A stretch of 32,000 nt of DNA from Allobaculum fili (GTDB lineage: Bacteria > Bacillota_I > Bacilli_A > Erysipelotrichales > Erysipelotrichaceae), in contig NZ_JAHDSX010000003.1 of assembly GCF_020969955.1 (NCBI RefSeq), forward strand, positions 1 through 32,000, given 5' to 3'. The notes beneath the pieces are model-generated. The model did no database searches. It had not been told where the DNA came from and worked only from the letters and a program-made list of their open reading frames with translations. Made by a program: the position numbers and the translations under genes. The stretch's first letter is position 1. Every line of letters starts with the position of its first letter. Positions 12,943-20,780 of this stretch are shown one piece after another.

Positions 12943-15496
12943 AACGACATCTCCCGATTACCAAAATACAGACACTTCCAATCGCTTTCTGACTCTGTTT
13001 GAACCGGACCGACTGATCGTATTGGACGGTGCCATGGGAACAATGATCCAGAAAGCCGGGCTGCCTTTGCTTCGTCATCCCGAGCGAAACAACGTTCTGT
13101 TCCCCGAAGTGATTGAAGGCATTCACCGCCAGTATATCGAAGCCGGCGCGAATGTGATTTACGCCAATACGTTTGGCGCTTCTCCGGATCGATTCCAGGA
13201 CGAACCGGAATCGTATGAAGTCATCATTCAGCAGTCCGTGGCGCTCGCCCGAAATGCCGCTGCAGGAACCTCCTCCAAAGTCGCGCTCGATCTTGGTCCG
13301 CTTGGCATTTTGATGGAACCGATGGGCAGCGTCACCTTTGACGAAGCCTATGCGCAGTTTACGGCGATGGTCAAAGCCGGCGCAAGTGCCGGCGCGGATC
13401 TGATTGTCATTGAAACGATGAGCGATTTAGCCGAAGCCAGAGCTGCCCTGCTGGCCGCAAAAGAAAACAGTTCGCTGCCCGTTGCGGTCACGATGACGTT
13501 TGAACAGAGCGGCCGGACCTTTTCCGGCACCAGCATCGAATGTGCCGCCATTACCCTGCAGTCCCTGGGCGCGGATGCGATCGGTCTGAACTGTTCCCTC
13601 GGTCCGGATCAGCTGGTCGATCTGGTCAAGAGGCTTCATGACGTGACCAGCCTGCCCATTTTGTGCAAGCCCAATGCCGGTCTGCCCGATCCGATCAGCG
13701 GACACTACCATCTTTCGGACGAAGACTTTGTTCGCTTTGTCCGAAAAATCGTCGAAGCCGGTGCGGTAGCCATCGGCGGCTGCTGTGGGACGACCCCCAG
13801 CACCATTTCCCGGCTTTCAAAAGCCTTGAAAAACCACCCGCTGCGGCCAGCCGGAAAGCGGCTGGACGCCATCTGTTCGGATCGTCTGTTCACTTTGTGT
13901 GACGGGATTCAGGTCGTTGGCGAGCGCATTAACCCGACGGGGAAAAAGCGCATGCAGAAGGCGCTGAGCGAGGAAGATTTTGATTTCATCGCCCGCCTCG
14001 CCATTGAACAGAAAGAAGCCGGCGCAAACATTCTGGATGTGAATGTCGGCGCGCCGGATGTGGACGAAGTTCGCCTGATGCCGCTGGTCATTCGTACGAT
14101 TCAAAGCGTCTGCGATCTGCCCCTGCTTCTGGACTCTTCCAATCCGAAAGCGCTTGAAGCCGGACTGCGCCAGGCGTCGGGCCGATGCGCCGTCAATTCG
14201 GTAAACGGTTCGCAAAAAAGCATGGATTCCATTTTCCCGCTCGCCCAGAAATACGGCACGCCAGTCGTTGCCCTCTGTCTGGATGATGCCGGAATTCCCG
14301 ACAGTACAAAAGGCCGTCTGGAAATTGCCCGTCGCCTGGAACAGGAAGCCGCCAAATACGGCATTGCCCACGGCGATCTGTGGTTTGACGCGCTGACGCT
14401 GACCGTCAGCGCTCAGCAGGATCAGGCACAATGCAGTCTGGAAACAATCGAAAAACTGAACAAAGAACCCGATACGCGAACGATCCTTGGTGTTTCCAAC
14501 ATTTCCTTCGGTCTTCCCTGCCGGCCGATTCTGACCCAGGCATTTTTGAGCGCCGCGCTGCAGTGCGGTCTGAACTTTGCGATCATCAACCCGTCTCTGG
14601 AACCGCTGATGGATACGATTGCGGCGTTCAAAGTCCTTCGCCAGATCGATGACGGCTGCCGCGGCTACATCGAACGATTTGCGCAAAGGCAGTTTCTCGA
14701 AACGCAGAAACCGGCAGCGACATCCGCTGCGGCGTCGATTCAAACTTCGAGCCCAGTAAATCCGTCGGCCGAATCCGCTTTGACAAGCGGCGCGAATGCT
14801 GCACCGCTGTCTGGCGGCTGTGATTCCCGCGCCCGTCTGATGGATGCCATTTATAAAGGTCTTTCCGGCGAGGCAGCCGAGGCCGCTAAAGACCTTCTGC
14901 GCGAAGGCGAAGACGAAATCGAACTCACGTCTGAACTGCTCATTCCGTGTCTCGATCGCGTCGGTACGGATTATGAAAAAGGCGTTCTGTATCTGCCTTC
15001 CCTGCTCCAGTCAGCCAGCGCGGCGCAGGCGGTTTTTGAAGTGATCGCCCAGTCGCTCGAAGCGTCCGGCAAAAACCGGGAATCGCGCGGTGAAATCGTT
15101 CTGGCTACCGTGCAGGGCGATATCCATGACATTGGAAAGAACATCGTCAAGACGCTGCTGGAAAACTATGGCTTTACCGTCATCGATCTGGGCCGCGATG
15201 TCTCCCCGCAAGCCGTATTGGATGCGGTCGTTTCACGAAACATTCGTCTGGTCGGTCTTTCCGCTTTGATGACGACTACGCTCAAAGCGATGGAAGAGAC
15301 CATCGCCCTTCTTCACACGCTCGACAATCCGCCCAGAATCATGGTCGGCGGCGCGGTTCTGACCGAAGAAGCCGCGAAAAACATAAAGGCCGACTGGTAC
15401 GCGCCCGATGCGAGAGCTTCGGTTCAGATTGCGGAAACCTTTTTTGAAAAGGAAAATCGAGAATCCGACAAAAAGGAGACATCCGCACATGACTGA
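12932..15496 (+). CDS. metH: Cobalamin-dependent methionine synthase core (Hcy-binding, pterin-binding, B12 cap and B12-binding domains; no activation domain)
   Basis: 854 aa. Zn-binding Hcy domain (NCSLGP, GGCCGTTP), pterin-binding barrel, GDIHDIGKN (DxHxxG), SALMTTT and VGGA. A low-complexity Ala/Ser linker precedes the cap domain. Confidence 0.9.
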   Translation: MKTETTSPDYQNTDTSNRFLTLFEPDRLIVLDGAMGTMIQKAGLPLLRHPERNNVLFPEVIEGIHRQYIEAGANVIYANTFGASPDRFQDEPESYEVIIQQSVALARNAAAGTSSKVALDLGPLGILMEPMGSVTFDEAYAQFTAMVKAGASAGADLIVIETMSDLAEARAALLAAKENSSLPVAVTMTFEQSGRTFSGTSIECAAITLQSLGADAIGLNCSLGPDQLVDLVKRLHDVTSLPILCKPNAGLPDPISGHYHLSDEDFVRFVRKIVEAGAVAIGGCCGTTPSTISRLSKALKNHPLRPAGKRLDAICSDRLFTLCDGIQVVGERINPTGKKRMQKALSEEDFDFIARLAIEQKEAGANILDVNVGAPDVDEVRLMPLVIRTIQSVCDLPLLLDSSNPKALEAGLRQASGRCAVNSVNGSQKSMDSIFPLAQKYGTPVVALCLDDAGIPDSTKGRLEIARRLEQEAAKYGIAHGDLWFDALTLTVSAQQDQAQCSLETIEKLNKEPDTRTILGVSNISFGLPCRPILTQAFLSAALQCGLNFAIINPSLEPLMDTIAAFKVLRQIDDGCRGYIERFAQRQFLETQKPAATSAAASIQTSSPVNPSAESALTSGANAAPLSGGCDSRARLMDAIYKGLSGEAAEAAKDLLREGEDEIELTSELLIPCLDRVGTDYEKGVLYLPSLLQSASAAQAVFEVIAQSLEASGKNRESRGEIVLATVQGDIHDIGKNIVKTLLENYGFTVIDLGRDVSPQAVLDAVVSRNIRLVGLSALMTTTLKAMEETIALLHTLDNPPRIMVGGAVLTEEAAKNIKADWYAPDARASVQIAETFFEKENRESDKKETSAHD

Positions 15497-17294
15497 TCCC
15501 CAGCCTTCAAAATTCGCGAAAGACGTTGTCTATCCCGTGCTGTTTGACGGCGCCTACGGGACGTACTATGCTGCGAAAACGCACAATCCCACCGATCAGG
15601 TCGATCAGGCACTTCTGGGCGATCCTGCCTGCATCGAAGCCATTCACCTTGAATACCTGCAGGGTGGCGCCAGCGCGATCAAGACGTGTACCTTTTCCGT
15701 TCCTGGCCTGTATACCCAAAATCCCGATCTGACGGCGCATCTGATTCATCAGGCTGTACAGACCGCAAACGCGGCGATCGAAAAATCCGGACGCAGCGAT
15801 GTTTTGCTGTTCGCGGATCTTGGTCCGGTTTCGAAACAGGAAAATCCTCGTCTGGTGTTTGAACCGCTTGCCCGTCTCTTTCTGGACGAGGGGGTAACGA
15901 ACTTTCTGCTGGAAACCCAGCCGGATTTTCGCGAGATGGAAGACATTTCGCAAGCGATTCGCGATCTCTGTCCGGCTTCACGCATTGCGATCAGTTTTGC
16001 GGCTGGTCCGGACGGACTCAGTCCGAACGGCTGTTCCGCAAGGATGCTTCTGGAAAAAGCCGATCAGGCACCCGCCATCGACTGGATTGGTCTGAACTGT
16101 CTTTGCGGACCGTCTCACATGCTTCGGCTGCTGCAGGATCTGCCGGACTATTCCAAGCCGATGCTCGTCATGCCCAATGCCGGCTATCCGTTTGTGACCA
16201 GCCGACGCACCATTTACAGCGGAACGCCGGACTATTTTGCCCGGACCATGCAGGCGATGCAGGAAGAAGGAGCTCGGATTCTTGGCGGATGCTGCGGAAC
16301 GACCCCAGACCACATTGCGGCACTCAAAGCCGTGCTCGATGCGGACTGCGCCCTCCAGAAAACGGATTCTGCGGCCAAATCGCCGGAAGATTCGAGAGGA
16401 TCGGTGCAGCGCCGCCGGCATCCCGACCGGCTGGATCTCAATTTGCGAAACGGACGCAAATCGATTCTGGTCGAACTCGATCCGCCCACCAACGATCATA
16501 TCGTCCCGTTTTTAGAAGATACGGTTCGCCTGAAACAGGCGGGCATCGACATGCTTACGATCGCGGACAATCCGATTGGACGGCCGCGTGCGGACTCCTC
16601 CCTGCTCGCCTGCAAAATTCATCGCGAAACCGAACTGGACGTTCTTCCCCATATGACGTGCCGGGATCGCAACCTCAACGCCATCAAAGCTCTGCTTCTG
16701 GGGCTTTCGATGGAAGACGTGCATCAGGTGCTTCTCGTCACTGGCGATCCGCTGCCCAGAGAAAGCCGGGATGAAGTCAAAGCGGTGTTCTCGTTCAATT
16801 CCCGTACGCTCGCTTCGTATGTCCAGACACTCGAAGACGAAGGGCTCTGCCAGCCGTTTCATAAACTGGCCGCGCTCGATCTGAACGCCCGAAATTTTGA
16901 CGTCCAGCTCGGCATCGCCAAAGAAAAGGAAGCTGACGGCATTGAAGGCTTTCTGACACAGCCCATCTTTTCCCGTCGGGCCATTGAAAATCTTCAAACC
17001 GCCCGCGCACAGCTTCATGGCACGATTTACGCCGGGCTGATGCCGATCGTCAGCCATCGCAATGCCCTCTTTTTGAAAAACGAAATTACCGGCATGGATA
17101 TTCCCGATGAGCTGGCCGCTTTATATGAAAATAAGGACCGGGAGGAATGCGAAGCCATTTCTCTGCGCGTCTGCCAGGATTTAGCCCGACAGGCGGCCAA
17201 ATTCTGCGACGGGTTTTATCTGATGACGCCCTTTCGACGCGTCTCGCTGATCCTCTCGCTCATTGAAGCGCTCGAACCGCTGCTTACAGAATAA
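15489..17294 (+). CDS. yitJ: Bifunctional homocysteine S-methyltransferase / 5,10-methylene-THF reductase (YitJ type)
   Basis: 601 aa from MTDPQPSKF, with AAAAGGAG SD and an ATGACTGA overlap with the metH stop. N-terminal Hcy domain (NCLCGP, GGCCGTTP); C-terminal MTHFR domain (HMTCRD, LLVTGDP). Confidence 0.85.
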   Translation: MTDPQPSKFAKDVVYPVLFDGAYGTYYAAKTHNPTDQVDQALLGDPACIEAIHLEYLQGGASAIKTCTFSVPGLYTQNPDLTAHLIHQAVQTANAAIEKSGRSDVLLFADLGPVSKQENPRLVFEPLARLFLDEGVTNFLLETQPDFREMEDISQAIRDLCPASRIAISFAAGPDGLSPNGCSARMLLEKADQAPAIDWIGLNCLCGPSHMLRLLQDLPDYSKPMLVMPNAGYPFVTSRRTIYSGTPDYFARTMQAMQEEGARILGGCCGTTPDHIAALKAVLDADCALQKTDSAAKSPEDSRGSVQRRRHPDRLDLNLRNGRKSILVELDPPTNDHIVPFLEDTVRLKQAGIDMLTIADNPIGRPRADSSLLACKIHRETELDVLPHMTCRDRNLNAIKALLLGLSMEDVHQVLLVTGDPLPRESRDEVKAVFSFNSRTLASYVQTLEDEGLCQPFHKLAALDLNARNFDVQLGIAKEKEADGIEGFLTQPIFSRRAIENLQTARAQLHGTIYAGLMPIVSHRNALFLKNEITGMDIPDELAALYENKDREECEAISLRVCQDLARQAAKFCDGFYLMTPFRRVSLILSLIEALEPLLTE

Positions 17295-17365
17295 ACAGCA
17301 GGAAAGCCCTCAGGCGTATGTTGGAGAACCGACAGAACGCCTGCAGAACTTTCCTGCTGTTTTTG
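17294..17365 (+). terminator. Compound intrinsic terminator after yitJ
   Basis: 13-bp outer stem AACAGCAGGAAAG / CTTTCCTGCTGTT enclosing an inner 7-bp hairpin CAGGCGT / ACGCCTG, followed by TTTT. Confidence 0.65.
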
Positions 17366-17539
17366 GATTGCGCCAGATTCCTGATTCTTGCGTTTTTTCT
17401 TCTTTTTCCTGCTCGCTGCTAAAGTTTTTGCGGCTTCTCTGGAACAAGAGCCCTTTTTGCTCCCTTTTCGAAGCCGTCCGATATCTTTTTTGTCCTTTTT
17501 TTCAAAGAAATAATCGAAAAAGAAAAATATCCAAATTTA

Positions 17540-17567
17540 TGCAAGGATTCTCTCATCTTAATCGTGT
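17540..17567 (+). promoter_or_regulatory. Candidate ECF-type promoter upstream of the lipoprotein-sigma-antisigma operon
   Basis: TGCAAG, 17-nt spacer, CGTGT. This resembles the AAC / CGT architecture of ECF promoters but has G in place of the conserved C. Lies about 25 nt upstream of the start codon. Confidence 0.3.
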
Positions 17568-17591
17568 TTGAAGTAAAGGAGGTTCTCTTGT

Positions 17592-18437
17592 ATGAAACCT
17601 GTTCAATCTGTTCTCACACTCTGTCTGCTTTCCCTTGTGCCCATCGGCTGCGCTTCGCCGTCTTCTCCGTCTTCAGCCGCAAAGAGCGACGGCTCGTCCA
17701 TGAGCGCTTCGCAAAGCCAGACGACAGCCAAAAAGGAAAGCACGAAAAAAGATGCAAAGAAAAACTCGAAGAACGACGCTTCCGATCAAAAGAAAAACGA
17801 CAGCGCGTCTTCAGCTCCTTCCGTACAGGAAGCGAGCAAACAGCCCGCTGCGGATCCGGTCGCTGACTACGACGTCGACACCGTTCTGGCTCAGGGCGCT
17901 TCGCTGATCGGTCAGCGCATCTCGGTCATCGGCAATCTGCCGCAGGCGGCGATGCCGGATGGAAACGGCGGCTACGCCACATACATCCTGTCCGATAACG
18001 GCAGCGCTCTGCGATTTACGGGCTGCGTGAACTTCGGTTCCTGCAAAGCACGACTTACCGGAACGCTGCAGGCACTCAACGGCGAGTACGTCCTCAATGC
18101 CGATTCGGCCGAACAGCTTTCGGCTTCCGGCGTGAATGCGCTCCCGTATTCGGCACCCGTAGAAGAAAATACGAATACGGTATATGATGTCGAGACGGTT
18201 CTCGCCAACGCGCCTTCGCTGCTCGATCAGTACATCGAAGTGAGCGGCAATCTTGGCCAGAACGCCCCGCGTGACGAGCAGGGACGTCCGATTCTCTGGC
18301 TGACCTCCAATTCCAGAAGCCAGCTCCGTTTTGACGGAAACATCCCCATCGGCGGCTGCCCCGCCATTCTTGGCGGAACACTGACCCAGGACGACCGCGG
18401 GTATGTTCTGCAGCTCGAAAGCTATCAGACCATCTAG
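17592..18437 (+). CDS. Lipoprotein with Ser/Lys-rich linker and two tandem ~90-aa repeats (OB-fold-like by pattern)
   Basis: 281 aa with AAAGGAGG SD, signal peptide and LVPIGC. The internal duplication YDVDTVLAQGASLIGQRISVIGNL...LRFTG...GTLQ..GEYVL versus YDVETVLANAPSLLDQYIEVSGNL...LRFDG...GTLT..RGYVL is visible by eye. Confidence 0.7.
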   Translation: MKPVQSVLTLCLLSLVPIGCASPSSPSSAAKSDGSSMSASQSQTTAKKESTKKDAKKNSKNDASDQKKNDSASSAPSVQEASKQPAADPVADYDVDTVLAQGASLIGQRISVIGNLPQAAMPDGNGGYATYILSDNGSALRFTGCVNFGSCKARLTGTLQALNGEYVLNADSAEQLSASGVNALPYSAPVEENTNTVYDVETVLANAPSLLDQYIEVSGNLGQNAPRDEQGRPILWLTSNSRSQLRFDGNIPIGGCPAILGGTLTQDDRGYVLQLESYQTI

Positions 18438-18472
18438 AATTCTCTGGCCGCCCATTTTAGACAGGAGTACGT

Positions 18473-19000
18473 ATGCACGATCAACCGCCCAGGCAGGCGA
18501 AACTGAAAACCGATGAAGAAATTGAGTCTGCAGTAGAAGAGTGCGGCGATGGCATGTATCGTCTGGCGCTGAGCTACTGCGATTGTGCCCAGGCGCAGGA
18601 TATTGTGCAGGAAGCCTTCCTTCGCTATATGCGCTCGGATCAGGCGTTTCACGATGGAGACCACCGCAAAGCGTGGCTGTACCGGGTGGTGATCAATCTG
18701 TGCAAGGACTACCATCGCAGCTGGTGGCAGAAGATGCGCACCGACTATCCGCGAAACGATCCGGCACCCGCTAATGAAGAAAACAATGAAATTCTCGATC
18801 TGGTCCGCTCGCTTCCATCCAAAGAAGCAAGTGTCCTCTACCTTCACTATTACGAATCCCTTTCTGCCGATCAGATCGCGCAGATTCTGAACTGCCGCCC
18901 GGGAACGGTCTATTCCCTGCTCTCCCGCGGTCGAGGGCATTTAAAAGTCATCCTGTCCAGGGAGCATGGAAAGGAGGATTTGCATGACAGAAGAAGATAA
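18473..19000 (+). CDS. ECF-family RNA polymerase sigma factor
   Basis: 175 aa. Region 2 (DIVQEAFLRYMR, KAWLYRVVINLCKDYHR) and region 4 HTH (LSADQIAQILNCRPGTVYSLLSRGRGHLK). ACAGGAG SD. Confidence 0.85.
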   Translation: MHDQPPRQAKLKTDEEIESAVEECGDGMYRLALSYCDCAQAQDIVQEAFLRYMRSDQAFHDGDHRKAWLYRVVINLCKDYHRSWWQKMRTDYPRNDPAPANEENNEILDLVRSLPSKEASVLYLHYYESLSADQIAQILNCRPGTVYSLLSRGRGHLKVILSREHGKEDLHDRRR

Positions 19001-20159
19001 GTATCTGGAAGAATATCGCAGCACGATGAAAAAGGCCGTTCTCTCTTCTAAACAGAAGCAGGACCTGATTTCTGCAATGAAGGAAGAGCAGACCAGAATA
19101 AGGGGAAGCCAGACGCAGGAACGCGAAAATCAAAAACGCCCGTCCTTCTTTAATCGAACCTGGAAGCCGGTACTGGCTTCGGGACTGGCTCTGGCTATGA
19201 TTCTTCTGCTTACCTTGACTTCCTTTCCCAACTCGAATCGATGGGTACTGCCCACTCCATCCGCCAGTCCCAATCCGGACGTTCGCACAGCCGATCTGAC
19301 GCCGCTGCCCAATCCCGCTTCCGGTGAAACTCCCGTTCTGAATGCGGGCGGTTTGGGCACGGCTGGATGGTACGAACAGACCGTAAATCCAGCCGCCAGC
19401 GAGGCATGGCCAGAAACGCTTCCGGTGTATCGCTGGCATGAGGCCATAGAGCAGCGGCGCCTGAACCCAGACGATCAGGAAAGCATGCTCGAAAAGCTGG
19501 AACCCTTTGCCAAAGCGCTGCAGATCGACGCGCAATGGACAATTGGCGATATCGATCCGTATTTGATGAATTCCTCCATCTGGGCTGATACGCCCTGGGG
19601 ACGTCTGGATCTGGTGGGCAGCGATCAGGGAGAACTGTTCGTCAACGGAGCGATTTCCTTCTCGGCGTCATCCCTCGACGAAGCAAAAGCCCAGATCGAA
19701 CAGATCGTTCAAAGCTATTCCGCTCTTTTCCCAATCGAAAATCCGGTCATTGAATCGATTCCCGTCCGTACGACGGAACCGCAGACGACGTACACCTTCA
19801 TTGTGTATGCCAGAGAAAAAGCGGAAGGCGATCGGCTTTCCACAAGCGAAGCCCGACCCATTACGATTTATGCAAACAAGGGAGGCGTACAGGCCATTGT
19901 CTACCCGCTCGATACCGCCGACTGGGAAGCGGACTATCCGGTTTTAAGTCTGGAGGAAGCCATTCGGGCATTTGAAACGCCCGCAGGCTATGAAGCGCCG
20001 CAAAGCGATCGCATCTGGCGGATCTGGAAAAGCGATGCAACGGGTACCTGGCTGATGCCGTACTATCGTTTCTATGTAAAGAGCCAGACGTACGACGGCT
20101 ATGAAGCCTTTGATCTTTGCGCGATTCAGCCCGAATATTTGAAACAGGCCGAAAAATGA
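18984..20159 (+). CDS. Single-pass membrane protein, putative anti-sigma factor with an unassigned ~290-aa extracytoplasmic domain
   Basis: 391 aa from MTEEDKYLEEYR, with AAAGGAGGA SD and a 17-nt overlap with the sigma gene. One TM segment (WKPVLASGLALAMILLLTLTSF). No HxxxCxxC zinc motif seen. Confidence 0.6.
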   Translation: MTEEDKYLEEYRSTMKKAVLSSKQKQDLISAMKEEQTRIRGSQTQERENQKRPSFFNRTWKPVLASGLALAMILLLTLTSFPNSNRWVLPTPSASPNPDVRTADLTPLPNPASGETPVLNAGGLGTAGWYEQTVNPAASEAWPETLPVYRWHEAIEQRRLNPDDQESMLEKLEPFAKALQIDAQWTIGDIDPYLMNSSIWADTPWGRLDLVGSDQGELFVNGAISFSASSLDEAKAQIEQIVQSYSALFPIENPVIESIPVRTTEPQTTYTFIVYAREKAEGDRLSTSEARPITIYANKGGVQAIVYPLDTADWEADYPVLSLEEAIRAFETPAGYEAPQSDRIWRIWKSDATGTWLMPYYRFYVKSQTYDGYEAFDLCAIQPEYLKQAEK

Positions 20160-20161
20160 CA

Positions 20162-20222
20162 AAACGGTCCGGATGAACCTCTTCGAATTCGAAGACGGTT
20201 TTCCTCCGGACCGTTTTTCTTT
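20162..20222 (+). terminator. Compound intrinsic terminator after the anti-sigma gene
   Basis: 12-bp outer stem AAACGGTCCGGA / TCCGGACCGTTT enclosing the perfect palindrome CTTCGAATTCGAAG, followed by a TTTTTCTTTT run that starts within the 3' arm. Confidence 0.65.
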
Positions 20223-20272
20223 TGTCCATGTCGGGTCAGCGCCTGCAGGATACAGGCAGACCGACAAGGCAT

Positions 20273-20295
20273 AAAAAAAGCTTCCTTGCGGAAGC
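20273..20295 (-). terminator. Intrinsic terminator after tRNA-Leu
   Basis: Minus strand reads GCTTCC-GCAA-GGAAGC followed by TTTTTTT. Confidence 0.75.
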
Positions 20296-20306
20296 GAATT
20301 TTCAAA

Positions 20307-20391
20307 TGGTGAGGTCGATGCGACTTGAACGCACACGAGCTAAGCTCACTACCCCCTCAAAGTAGCGTGTCTGCCATTCCACCACGACCTC
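20307..20391 (-). tRNA. tRNA-Leu, anticodon GAG (type II, long variable arm, encoded CCA)
   Basis: Folded by hand. Acceptor GAGGTCG / CGACCTC. 3-bp D stem. Anticodon stem CTACT / GGTAG with loop TTGAGGG. Variable arm GAGC-TTA-GCTC. T arm GTGCG-TTCAAGT-CGCAT. Discriminator A plus CCA. Confidence 0.9.
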
Positions 20392-20401
20392 AGGCTTGAA
20401 T

Positions 20402-20430
20402 ACTTTAACACAGTTCTTTGAACGTGTCAA
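20402..20430 (-). promoter_or_regulatory. Sigma-A promoter of tRNA-Leu
   Basis: Minus strand: TTGACA (20430-20425), 17-nt spacer, TAAAGT (20407-20402). The mature tRNA 5' end lies 10 nt downstream. Confidence 0.65.
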
Positions 20431-20559
20431 TTTCTTTTTGAAACTGACTGACGATTTGAAGGTTTTTTGATCGCCGCGTTCATCGAACATGTGTAATCAT
20501 ACTCCTCCTGAAACGAAATGCAACCCTTTTTAAAAAATTTATAAAATTTCCCAGATGCG

Positions 20560-20583
20560 GTGAATTGAAGGGTGAATTGAAGG
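20560..20583. repeat. Perfect tandem duplication of a 12-mer, GGTGAATTGAAG x2
   Basis: Read directly. Lies in a ~230-nt unassigned spacer between the LRR-gene terminator and the tRNA promoter. Confidence 0.8.
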
Positions 20584-20729
20584 CAGGATCAGAGAGAAAC
20601 GAAGCCTCGAGATGAAAGCCAGGGACCAGCGAAGATGCGCATGTGCCGTTCGAAACGGTTCCGAAAGAAAATGCCGGTCTCTCTTCTTCCCCGCTTTCAA
20701 ACGGATGGCGAACACAGCGTTCTCTGCGC

Positions 20730-20758
20730 AAAAAAAGTCCCCGAATTGCTTCAGGGAC
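20730..20758 (-). terminator. Intrinsic terminator after the LRR gene
   Basis: Minus strand: GTCCCTGAA-GCAA-TTCGGGGAC (9 bp, one G-U) followed by TTTTTTT. Confidence 0.75.
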
Positions 20759-20780
20759 CAAATGTCTTGAATGAACTGGA

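Noticed and set aside
20302-20490. 62-aa ORF with an upstream AGGAGGAG.
   Set aside because: It reads straight through the tRNA-Leu gene and its promoter. The SD-to-ATG spacing is poor.
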